A stretch of 64,000 nt of DNA from Alphaproteobacteria bacterium (GTDB lineage: Bacteria; Pseudomonadota; Alphaproteobacteria; Micavibrionales; UBA2020), in NCBI GenBank assembly GCA_016794125.1, contig JAEUKT010000002.1, positions 1,177,769-1,241,768 of the forward strand, read 5' to 3'. The notes beneath the pieces are model-generated. The model was not told where the DNA came from, did no database searches, and saw only the letters and a list, made by a program, of their open reading frames with translations. Position numbers and translations under genes: made by a program. Positions within the stretch are counted from its first letter, which is position 1; the number at the start of each line of letters is the position of its first letter. This document shows, piece by piece, positions 19,242 through 27,750 of the stretch.

Positions 19242-19799
19242 CTACAGCCCCAGCCGCTTCTTGCGCGCCAGGTATCCGCGCGTGCTCTGGTCAATTTCGT
19301 AATCGCCGACCTTGATGATCATGCCGCCGATCAGCGACGGATCGACTTCCACTTTTTTCTCGCCCGCCACGATGTTGAACTGGTCGCGCACGCGCTCGAT
19401 CAGGTGGTCGGAGGTCGAAGCATCCATCGGGAAGGCGGAGGTGAGCGTGATATCCACATTCCCCTCCAGCGCCTTGCGCTGCTTGACGTAGGATTCAAAC
19501 ACCCACGGCGCGTATGACAGCTTTTTTTCCTCGATCAGCGTATCGACGAATTCGCGGAAGATTTCATCGACTTCCATCTTGTCGTACACCGGCTTCATGA
19601 CATCTTTCATGTCGTCGGGCTTCAGGCGCGGGTCGCGCAGGACTTTTTCGAAATCGGGCATTTTCACGATTTCCGCGAGCAGTTCGAGCTTTTCTTCCCA
19701 TACCGCCACAGACGACATTTCCTGCGCGATCTCCAGCGCGGCCTTGGCGAACAGGCGTCCCAGTTTCGGGGCGATGTCGTGTTTGGGTTTTGGTTCCAT
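19242..19799 (-). CDS. ATP synthase delta/OSCP-like protein (orphan, outside an atp operon)
   Basis: A..LGRLFAKAALE N-terminus, LRDPRL, ITLTSAFPM, and C-terminal VEVDPSLIGGMIIKVGDYEIDQS typical of delta subunits. Confidence 0.8.
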   Translation of the reverse strand: MEPKPKHDIAPKLGRLFAKAALEIAQEMSSVAVWEEKLELLAEIVKMPDFEKVLRDPRLKPDDMKDVMKPVYDKMEVDEIFREFVDTLIEEKKLSYAPWVFESYVKQRKALEGNVDITLTSAFPMDASTSDHLIERVRDQFNIVAGEKKVEVDPSLIGGMIIKVGDYEIDQSTRGYLARKKRLGL

Positions 19800-22531
19800 T
19801 ATTGATCCTTCTTGAACACGAAACGCGAATAAAACCAGCTGAGCGCCAGCAACGACAGGCCGAGGCCCATGAACGAGAACACGCGGTAAAGCCCCGTCAG
19901 CTCGTCGATGTCATAGAGGAACACCTTGCCGACCGTCACGATCATCACGCCCAGCGACGCGACGCGCAGCGCCTTGTTCTGTTTCAGCGTGCCGAGGAAC
20001 AAAAGCCCCGCGCCCAGCAGCAGCCAGACGGCGGAATAGGTATAGACTTCGGCGTTTTCCGTCGCCCCTTCCAGCAGGAAGCGGCCGTGATAGGACTGGC
20101 GCACCTGCAAGGTGACGAAGATAAACAGCAGCGTCAGCGACAGCCCGCCCGTCAGGCTGCGCGGCAGCGTCGCCATGCGCAGCTGCGGTTTTTCCTCCAG
20201 CCACAGCCACAGCACGGGGAAGGCATAGGGCAGCCACAGCCAGTTCAGCAGCGGCGTTGCGCCCACATCCTGCCCGCGGTTCAAAAGCGGGTTGGAAATC
20301 AGCAGGTCGAAATAGAACACGCGGAACATCGCCATCGCGAACAGGAACGACCCCGCCCACAACAGCGCGCGGCGGCTGTACAGCCTGCCGGTGTAAACGA
20401 CCAGCAGCGACGCGGCGAAGAAGATGTTCGTGATGATGCCGCGTTCCATGAATCCCGCCTTGCGGAACAGCACGTCGCCCGGCACCTTGAACACATGGCG
20501 CGCAAGGTAATACAGCATCAGCGCGCCCAGCGCCACCATCGTCATTTCAAACAGCTCGACCAGTTTGTCGTCGCCGCGCAGGCGCAGGAAAAACGCGGCC
20601 GCGCCGATCAGTACCATCGGAATGCCCAGCTGGAACAGCGGCTGGTCCGCAAGCGGCGGCAACCCGCGCCACGGCGACCATTCAACGCCGGTCAGGCTGT
20701 TGGCGGTCACGCTGCCCAGCAGGGCCAGCTGCGGCAGGATCAGCAGCAGGAACACGGCGAACAGGATCGCCGCAATCTTGCGCAGCGCCTTGATGTCGAT
20801 CTTCCACGCCACCCAGCACACAGCCAATGTTTCGGCGGCGAAGGCCACCGCCATCCAGTCCTGATGCACTTCGATCACAAGGGCGATCGACGCGAATGCC
20901 GTCGTCATCAAACTGAACAGCGCCAGCAAACGGTCGCGCAGTTTTTCATCGCCCGCGAAATTGCGGAACACATCGCCCGTGAACCACGCAAAGAACAGCG
21001 CGAACAGCACGGCAATCGCCGACCACACATGCAGCACATCGCCGGACACGATGTTCAGCAGCGGATAGATTTCCTTGCCGATCGTACCGTAACCGACGGC
21101 GTAGAAACCAAGCGCGGCCGCCGACATCACGCCCGCCATCGTCAGCGACGGCCAGCGGCGCAGCAGCCAGAATGCGGGCAGGGTATAAACACCGGCAAGG
21201 CCCAGCTGGACCATCGCCATTTCCGCATCCGGTTGATGCCGCCAGATCAGCAGCATCAGCAGGCTTGCGCCCAGCGACAGGTAAGGCACGTATTTGAACT
21301 GCGCGGGACGGAAAAACGCCATCGCGATGCCGCCCAGCGCCAGCAGCCCGAACATGCCCCATTCCAGCAGCCCGTAATCGCAGCGCGCGGTGACAAACGC
21401 CATCAGCGAAATGCCGGCAACGGCGGTGAATACGTTCAGCGTGCCGATGCTCGCGCGGTCCTTGCCGCTCAGTTTCGTGTCTTCCTGCGCCGACGGCACC
21501 ATGATCACGCCGCTGACCGCCAGAATGAACAGGCCCATCACCAATCCGTCATCGGGGCTGAAATTGCCGCTGAAATTCCACGCCAGAATCCAGCCGAATG
21601 CCAGCACCGCCATCGGCACCGACAGCGCCCACCAGCCCAGCTTGCGGAAGGCGGTGAACAGCCCGGCGACAAGGCAGAACAGGTAGAAAAACAGCATCGG
21701 CGCGGACGGATGGTCGGTGCGGATCAGCGCAGGTGTCACGAACCCGCCCAGCATCCCCAGCACCGCAACCGGCATGCCGTGGCGCACCGACAGCACGACG
21801 GCCAGCGCGGTCGTCGCCGCCATGCCGATAAAGCCCGCCATCGGCGGGAAGAAATGATACATCTGCGTTGCGGCGTAAATCGTCGCATACAGGTCGGCGA
21901 TGCCGGCACCCGCCAGCGCCATCGCGATGCGCGCGCCGTCGGCCATGGTCGGGTTTTTCTCGCGGATATAACGCGCCCCGCCGATCAGCAGCGCGCCGAA
22001 AATAAAGCCCAGCACGATGCGGACTTCTTCGGTCAGCAGGCCTTGTTCGATCGAATATTTCACAAGGTAGAATCCCGCCAGCGCCAGCGAAATGCCGCCG
22101 ATCCAGACGGGCAGGCGCTTGCCGAACTGGAATTCGAAACCGCCGCCGTTTTGCGGTTTGGCGGTATCGACCTTGGCAGGCTGCGGAATTTTTGCGGCGG
22201 CGGCGCGCTGTTCGGCGCGGATCTTTTCCTGTTCGCGCTCGAACGCCGCGCGGATTTCATCGGGCGGCGTATAGGCAGGCATGCCGGTCGTCAGCGGCGA
22301 CGACGGCGGCACAGGTGTCGCGGGCGGCAGCGGCGATGCGGGCGGAATGGAGCTGGCGGTGCTTGCGGGCTGACCGGCGGCCGGCGTCAGCGGCATGATA
22401 TCAACGGGGCGGGGCGGCAGCGGGGCGCGGTCGATGCGTGCGCGCAGTTCGGTCACGTTGTCTTCAAGTGCGCGGAAACGACCCCAGAGGAAGAACAGGA
22501 AGACGACGACGCCAAGTATAACTATTTCCAT
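19799..22531 (-). CDS. DUF2339 family large membrane protein (910 aa)
   Basis: FEFQFGKRLPVWIGGISL..LVKYSIEQGLL, YTYSAVW, KVFLYDIDELTGLYRVFSFMGLG. Confidence 0.88.
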   Translation of the reverse strand: MEIVILGVVVFLFFLWGRFRALEDNVTELRARIDRAPLPPRPVDIMPLTPAAGQPASTASSIPPASPLPPATPVPPSSPLTTGMPAYTPPDEIRAAFEREQEKIRAEQRAAAAKIPQPAKVDTAKPQNGGGFEFQFGKRLPVWIGGISLALAGFYLVKYSIEQGLLTEEVRIVLGFIFGALLIGGARYIREKNPTMADGARIAMALAGAGIADLYATIYAATQMYHFFPPMAGFIGMAATTALAVVLSVRHGMPVAVLGMLGGFVTPALIRTDHPSAPMLFFYLFCLVAGLFTAFRKLGWWALSVPMAVLAFGWILAWNFSGNFSPDDGLVMGLFILAVSGVIMVPSAQEDTKLSGKDRASIGTLNVFTAVAGISLMAFVTARCDYGLLEWGMFGLLALGGIAMAFFRPAQFKYVPYLSLGASLLMLLIWRHQPDAEMAMVQLGLAGVYTLPAFWLLRRWPSLTMAGVMSAAALGFYAVGYGTIGKEIYPLLNIVSGDVLHVWSAIAVLFALFFAWFTGDVFRNFAGDEKLRDRLLALFSLMTTAFASIALVIEVHQDWMAVAFAAETLAVCWVAWKIDIKALRKIAAILFAVFLLLILPQLALLGSVTANSLTGVEWSPWRGLPPLADQPLFQLGIPMVLIGAAAFFLRLRGDDKLVELFEMTMVALGALMLYYLARHVFKVPGDVLFRKAGFMERGIITNIFFAASLLVVYTGRLYSRRALLWAGSFLFAMAMFRVFYFDLLISNPLLNRGQDVGATPLLNWLWLPYAFPVLWLWLEEKPQLRMATLPRSLTGGLSLTLLFIFVTLQVRQSYHGRFLLEGATENAEVYTYSAVWLLLGAGLLFLGTLKQNKALRVASLGVMIVTVGKVFLYDIDELTGLYRVFSFMGLGLSLLALSWFYSRFVFKKDQ

Positions 22532-22559
22532 CGTCTTCCTGTGCTTTCTTTATCTCTGG

Positions 22560-24344
22560 TTAGGGTTTCGGTGCTTTCGGCGCGGCGGGGGGTGTTTTCG
22601 CCTTTGCCGCTTCTTTCGCAGCTTCTTCCTGCTTCAGTGCCTTTTTGTCGGGCTTGCCGATCATGGTTTTCGGCAGGCTGTCGCGGGTTTCGAACTGCTT
22701 GGGCATTTCATACGGCGCGAGTTTATCGCGCAGGAACGCGGTCATGGTCTTGTCGTCGATTTTTTCCATGCCGGATTTATACACGATGAACGCTTTCACG
22801 GTTTCGCCGCGGTATTCATCCTTCACGCCCAGCACGATCACTTCGGACACGTTCGGGTGCTGCATGATCGCTTCTTCCACCTTGCGGGGGAATACTTTCA
22901 GGCCGGACGCGTTGATCATGTCCTTGATGCGGTCGACGATGAAGATATAGCCTTCTTCGTCCATGTAACCCACGTCGCCGGTGTGGAAATAGCCGTCTTT
23001 GTCCATCACATTGGCGGTTTCGTCGGGGCGGTTCCAGTAGCCCTGCATCACCTGCGGGCCGCGCAGGCAGATTTCGCCTTCCACGCGGATCGGGCAGGCC
23101 TGGTCGGGGAATTCCAGGTTGGCGATTTTCACTTCCGTTTTCGGGAGCGGCATGCCGATGGAATTCAGTTTCTTTTCGCCATGCACGGGGTTCGCAACCG
23201 CGATAGGCGAGGTTTCGGACAGGCCGTAACCTTCGGTCAGCGCCGTGCCGGTCAGTTTCGTCCAGCGCTGCTGCGTCGTCTCCGGCAGGCCCGCGCCGCC
23301 GGAGAGGCAGATTTTCAGCGACGACAGGTCGTATTTGCTGACATCGGGATGATCCATCAGCGCCTTATACAGCGTCGGGACACCCGCGAACATCGTGGGC
23401 TTTTCCGCGTCGATGGTTTTCAGCGTGGTTTTCGCGTCGAACTGCGGCAGCATCACGATTTCCGCGCCCAGCTTGATCGACAGGTTCATCTGCACGGTCA
23501 TCGAAAACACGTGAAAGAACGGCAGCACGACCAGCATTTTTTCCTGCTTGTTCGCCGCTTTCGTCGTGCCGCTGGTGAACCAGAAATCCGCCTGGTTCAG
23601 GTTGGCGGACAGGTTCGCATGCGTCAGCATCGCGGCCTTCGGGATACCCGTGGTGCCGCCGGTATATTGCAGCACGGCAAGGTCGGTCGGCTTCACGTCG
23701 ACCGGCGCGGGATTGCCCTTGTTCTTCATCAGTTTGGAGAACGGGATGTGTTTATCGTCGCTCTTCACTTTCACGGTGTCGGCCTTGCCGAACCAGCCCT
23801 TCACGGTATTGAGGACTTTGTACGCAAAACCCTTCACGCCCGGCAGCGCATCGGGCAGGTCTGCCACGATCACTTTTTTCAGGCAGGTGGAACCGTCCAG
23901 CATTTTGTCGATCTTGGGCTGGATTTTGGTGACGGCCAGCGACACCATCACATCGGTCTTGCTGTCGTTGATCTGGCCGCGCATTTCCTGTTCGGCATAG
24001 AGCGGGTTGAAGTTCACAACCGTCGCACCCGCCTTCAGCGCGCCGTAATAGGCGATCACGTAAAACGGCGTGTTCGGCAGGCACAGGCCGACATGCGACC
24101 CTTTGCCGAAACCGGCATCCTGCAAACCTTTGGCGAATTTATCGACTTCCTGACCCAGTTCCTTGTATGTCAGCGTCTTGCCCATGAAATTCAGCGCGGG
24201 CTTGTCGGCGTTTTTCTTGACCGAGTCCTCGAACATCTGCGTCATCGTGGAGACGGGGACTTCCATGTCCCAGTCGATATCCACCGGATATTTGTTGCTC
24301 CACGGATACTTGCCTTGAGGCTGGGGGGAGGCGGCTTCGGTCAT
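22560..24344 (-). CDS. Long-chain fatty acid--CoA ligase (FadD-like) with C-terminal PK tail
   Basis: LQYTGGTTGIPK, EGYGLSETSP, GYFHTGDVG, IVDRIKDMI, LPKTMIGK; tail AAKAKTPPAAPKAPKP. Confidence 0.95.
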   Translation of the reverse strand: MTEAASPQPQGKYPWSNKYPVDIDWDMEVPVSTMTQMFEDSVKKNADKPALNFMGKTLTYKELGQEVDKFAKGLQDAGFGKGSHVGLCLPNTPFYVIAYYGALKAGATVVNFNPLYAEQEMRGQINDSKTDVMVSLAVTKIQPKIDKMLDGSTCLKKVIVADLPDALPGVKGFAYKVLNTVKGWFGKADTVKVKSDDKHIPFSKLMKNKGNPAPVDVKPTDLAVLQYTGGTTGIPKAAMLTHANLSANLNQADFWFTSGTTKAANKQEKMLVVLPFFHVFSMTVQMNLSIKLGAEIVMLPQFDAKTTLKTIDAEKPTMFAGVPTLYKALMDHPDVSKYDLSSLKICLSGGAGLPETTQQRWTKLTGTALTEGYGLSETSPIAVANPVHGEKKLNSIGMPLPKTEVKIANLEFPDQACPIRVEGEICLRGPQVMQGYWNRPDETANVMDKDGYFHTGDVGYMDEEGYIFIVDRIKDMINASGLKVFPRKVEEAIMQHPNVSEVIVLGVKDEYRGETVKAFIVYKSGMEKIDDKTMTAFLRDKLAPYEMPKQFETRDSLPKTMIGKPDKKALKQEEAAKEAAKAKTPPAAPKAPKP

Positions 24345-24792
24345 TTTTCACTCTTCAAAAAGAAGTTGATAAAGGCCGCAGTCCCTTTACTGGAACTGCA
24401 AGCATTCACACCCACACCGCTGCGTTTTTTTGTTAAATCAAATCTGATTTTTGGAAACCGTAACAGCCAGAAAACGCCTTGTAAAGCGCGCTTGTTTTGT
24501 CATATGCGGCAGTTGTCATAGCGCGAAAAACACGCGCAAAAATTGATGCGTTGCAGCACCTTTTTCCGTTTTCTGAATGTTGCGGGAAGCCCCTTCGCTC
24601 ACACTTCTTGAGCCTGCCTAAATTGTCTCAACTTTGACCTCAAGATTCAACATAATATTTTGTTACAACGCGTTTGTGACAGGCATTTTGCAAAGCGGTT
24701 GAGCAGCTTGCGCGGAAAAAGATTTTTTCAAAACCGCAGCGCGCGTAACGCGAATGTTACGTTTGCGACAGGGGGAAAAGCGATTTTAGCGC

Positions 24793-24950
24793 GTCATCCC
24801 CGCGAAAGCCTGCCCTTCCCCCTCTCCCGCGCTTGCGGGAGAGGGACGGGGAGAGGGTGCCGAGCGGAAGAACAGGCAAACGCAGGTGGCGACGATTTCG
24901 TGCAGTGCTCACCCTCTCCCTAACCCTCTCCCGCACGCGGGAGAGGGGAC
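24793..24950. repeat. Composite palindromic REP/MITE-like element
   Basis: Inverted arms CCCCTCTCCCGC..GCGGGAGAGGG..GGAGAGGGTG (about 24818-24859) and CACCCTCTCCC..CCCTCTCCCGC..GCGGGAGAGGGG (about 24910-24948), preceded by a truncated GTCATCCCCGCGAAAGC (24793-24809). Confidence 0.8.
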
Positions 24951-24952
24951 AA

Positions 24953-24989
24953 GAAAAAAAAGGCGGCCCCTGCGGACCGCCTTTTTTTT
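24953..24989. terminator. Bidirectional-type intrinsic terminator
   Basis: A-run, GGCGG/CCGCC stem, T-run. Confidence 0.75.
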
Positions 24990-25003
24990 GAATTCGCGAA
25001 ACC

Positions 25004-25513
25004 TTACGCTTTCGGGGGCTTCGGTGCTTCCGGTGCCTTGGGCGGGGTTTTCGGTTTGGTCGCATCCGTGTCGGGCACGACGGGCGCGATGAGGTCGAGG
25101 AGGCTGGAGCCGGTCGAGGGTTTGGTGTCCGCGTCTTTTTTCAGCTCTTCCAGTTTCGCGCCGGCGGCAAGGCCGCCTTCGATCGCTTTGTCTTTTGCCA
25201 CGTTGAACGCGCCGGTGATGGCGTCGCCCGCGATGCCCGCCACGCCGTCGATTTTCTCGGCCAGCGGTTTCGCTTTTTCGGCGAGGTCGCCGATTTTCAC
25301 GGCGGCGGCGTCGGTCACGGCTTCGATCCTGTCATTCACTTCGTTCGCGGTCGCGAGGCCTTTTTGCGCGAGCTTGATGGCGGCGGCGGTGCGCTTCATC
25401 TTTTTCTCGTTCGCTTCTTTCTTGGCCGCGCGGATTTTCGCGGGATCGGTTTCTTCCTTCAGGTGGTCTTCGGCTTTTTGTTTCAGTTTATCGAGAAAGT
25501 TTTTGATACCCAT
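25004..25513 (-). CDS. Hypothetical Ala/Lys-rich helical protein (169 aa) with PK tail
   Basis: RBS AAAGGGA before MGIKNFLDKLKQ; downstream terminator; ends KPKTPPKAPEAPKPPKA. Confidence 0.8.
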   Translation of the reverse strand: MGIKNFLDKLKQKAEDHLKEETDPAKIRAAKKEANEKKMKRTAAAIKLAQKGLATANEVNDRIEAVTDAAAVKIGDLAEKAKPLAEKIDGVAGIAGDAITGAFNVAKDKAIEGGLAAGAKLEELKKDADTKPSTGSSLLDLIAPVVPDTDATKPKTPPKAPEAPKPPKA

Positions 25514-25598
25514 CTGTGCGGTCCCTTTTCTTATAGAATTTCTGTGTGGAAACAGATTAACACCCACACCCCTTGAGTCAACCAGTTATGGCAATATT

Positions 25599-26213
25599 TC
25601 AGAATAAAGACAGTTGATTATGGTCTTCTGGTAAATCGCTGTTCGCGGGGCGCTGGAATTGCCCGGTCGAGGTCAGCATGAATTCCATCGAATCGTCGGC
25701 GCGGAACAGGGCAGGGTCGGGGGCGGCCAGCCAGCGGCGGCAATCATCGACCGTCTGCAAAATCACCGGCATCCGGTCATGGACGGTCGCAACGGCGGGC
25801 ACGGCGGCTGTGGTCAGCACCGCAAAACCGTCGCGCCCGTTGAAGGTATCCCAGATGCCGGCAAAGCCCGTGACGCGCGCGGGCACGATGTCAAACGGCT
25901 GGGGCGGTTTTTGCGTGCGGTCCCATTCAAAGAAACCATCGGCAAGGATAATGCAGCGCCGCGCCTGCACACTGTCGCGGAAGGACGGTTTTTCAAAGAT
26001 CGTTTCGGAACGGCAATTGACCAGCGGCTTGCCCTCCCTCGCCCAGCGCGGGACATAGCCCCAATAAAGATGCTCGATGGAATCGGCGCGGATGACGGGC
26101 AGGGATGTGCCGGGGGTGGCCACACCTGCTGCATCCACAAAACGCGGCATTTTGATGCCGAAACGGTCGGCCAGTTCCTGCAAAGCAGCGATTTGTTTAT
26201 AGCGCCCGCACAT
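25599..26213 (-). CDS. SOS response-associated peptidase (SRAP/YedK, abasic-site protecting)
   Basis: MCGRY N-terminus (catalytic Cys2), NCRSET, DGFFEW, HDRMPVIL. Start revised to 26213. Confidence 0.9.
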   Translation of the reverse strand: MCGRYKQIAALQELADRFGIKMPRFVDAAGVATPGTSLPVIRADSIEHLYWGYVPRWAREGKPLVNCRSETIFEKPSFRDSVQARRCIILADGFFEWDRTQKPPQPFDIVPARVTGFAGIWDTFNGRDGFAVLTTAAVPAVATVHDRMPVILQTVDDCRRWLAAPDPALFRADDSMEFMLTSTGQFQRPANSDLPEDHNQLSLF

Positions 26214-26252
26214 GATATAGTCGCTTTCCAAAATTCGAGAAGGAATAGAGCA

Positions 26253-27275
26253 ATGGCGGACCAAAAGGGCAAGACAATTCTGACAGGCGTGAAGCCCACG
26301 GGCGCGCCGCATATCGGCAATTATATCGGCGCCATCCGCCCCGCGCTGCGCCTTGCCGCAAGCCACGAGAAATCTTACCTGTTCATCGCCGATTACCATG
26401 CGCTGAACGCGGTGTACGATCCAAAAGCGTTGAAGGAAGACAGCTATCAGGTCGCGGCCTGCTGGCTCGCGCTCGGGCTCGATCCCGCGAAAACGGTTTT
26501 GTACCGCCAGTCGGATATTCCGGAGATTCCGGAACTTGTCACGATTTTATCCGCCGTCACGCCCAAGGGCTTGATGGACCGCAGCCATGCGTATAAAGCC
26601 GCGAAGGACCGCAACGCCGAAGAAAACCGCGACCCCGATAACGATGTGAATATGGGCCTCTATACCTATCCGCTGCTGATGGCCGCCGACATCCTGATTG
26701 CGAATACCGATATCGTGCCGGTGGGCAAGGATCAGGTGCAGCACATCGAATTCGCGCGCGACATGGCGGGCTATTTCAACGGCGCGTTTAAGAAAAACGT
26801 GCTGAAGCTGCCCGAATACCAGCTGGAGGCCGGCGGCGCGCTGCTGCCCGGCATCGACGGCCGCAAGATGAGCAAGTCATACGGCAACCATATCCCCGTC
26901 TTCATCGACAGCGCCGCGCGCCGCAAGCTGGTGATGAAAACCGTCACGGATTCCAAACTGCCCGCCGAAGCCAAGAACCCCGATGAAAACGTGATCTTCC
27001 AGATCTACACGCATGTCGGCACGCCGGAAGAAGTGCAGGCGATGCGCGACGCCTTTGAAAAAGGCGGCATGGGCTATGGCGACGCGAAACAGAAATTGTT
27101 CGAGGCGCTGGAACGCAACTTCGAACAGCCCACCGCGAAGTATAACGAGCTGATGGCCGACCGGAAAAAACTGGACGACATTCTGGAGGAAGGCGCAGCC
27201 CGCGCGCGCAAAGTGACGCGCGAGACGCTGTCGAATGTCAGGGAAGCGATTGGGTTGACGCGGCTGCGTAACTAA
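26253..27275 (+). CDS. trpS: Tryptophan--tRNA ligase
   Basis: TGVKPTGAPHIGNYIG (HIGH-like), VPVGKDQVQHIE, KMSKSYGN. Start revised to 26253 (RBS AAGGA). Confidence 0.98.
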   Translation: MADQKGKTILTGVKPTGAPHIGNYIGAIRPALRLAASHEKSYLFIADYHALNAVYDPKALKEDSYQVAACWLALGLDPAKTVLYRQSDIPEIPELVTILSAVTPKGLMDRSHAYKAAKDRNAEENRDPDNDVNMGLYTYPLLMAADILIANTDIVPVGKDQVQHIEFARDMAGYFNGAFKKNVLKLPEYQLEAGGALLPGIDGRKMSKSYGNHIPVFIDSAARRKLVMKTVTDSKLPAEAKNPDENVIFQIYTHVGTPEEVQAMRDAFEKGGMGYGDAKQKLFEALERNFEQPTAKYNELMADRKKLDDILEEGAARARKVTRETLSNVREAIGLTRLRN

Positions 27276-27296
27276 ACACGGGCTTAGGGTGCTGTT

Positions 27297-27644
27297 ATGA
27301 TCGCGTCGATATTTTCTCGGATTTTTTTGAAACGCTATCGAGCTCGATTGCACGGTCAAAATTTTCGCATTCAGTTTGATGGTAAACTAGAAAATGCTTG
27401 TTTTATTACGACTCGTTATATTAGCGCGATGGATGAAACCCAAGCAAAGGAACTAGCCAAAACAGTAGTATTGCACGAGCTTGCGCATCGCCTGAATGTC
27501 GATATCGAACAACAACTCAATTCACGGCAAAATCCCGCGTCGCTCGTTGTCGAAGAAATTTATCAAGTTAAGTGGCGCGCAGGTAGGCTTCGTATTCAGC
27601 GGGGCTTTACCTTCTATGAATGCGAAGATCATAAATCGGAATGA
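27297..27644 (+). CDS. Hypothetical protein in an AT-rich patch (115 aa)
   Basis: Uninterrupted ORF with atypical codons; start uncertain (27297 or 27429). Confidence 0.5.
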   Translation: MIASIFSRIFLKRYRARLHGQNFRIQFDGKLENACFITTRYISAMDETQAKELAKTVVLHELAHRLNVDIEQQLNSRQNPASLVVEEIYQVKWRAGRLRIQRGFTFYECEDHKSE

Positions 27645-27688
27645 TCCCTAATAAAAAATACATATATTTCAGTAATTTAATCCATATA

Positions 27689-27717
27689 TTGACATAACAA
27701 GTCATATCCCGTATCCT
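27689..27717 (+). promoter_or_regulatory. Sigma70-like promoter TTGACA-N17-TATCCT
   Basis: Near-consensus hexamers with 17-nt spacer upstream of 27751. Confidence 0.55.
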
Positions 27718-27750
27718 CCGCGCAACCTCAAAACCAGCGAGCCGAGAGCC

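Noticed and set aside
19790-22789. 999-aa plus-strand ORF, and similar long ORFs at 4245-5546, 12971-14677, 22395-24521, 47293-49140, 54422-55585 and 61557-63005
   Set aside because: These are antisense shadows of well-supported genes. They are Arg/Gln/His-rich with no motifs or RBS, as expected for GC-rich codon-biased DNA.
24499-24522. Direct repeat TTGTCATA x2 resembling a Pho box
   Set aside because: The period is 16 nt rather than the 11 nt of PhoB boxes, and there are no phosphate genes nearby.
25659-26252. Apparent 198-aa N-terminal extension of TrpS in the ORF track
   Set aside because: It is antisense to the SRAP gene; TrpS has its own RBS and start at 26253.
27474-27488. HELAH (HExxH) in the AT-rich ORF
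   Set aside because: No third zinc ligand or supporting fold context in a 115-aa protein; likely chance.
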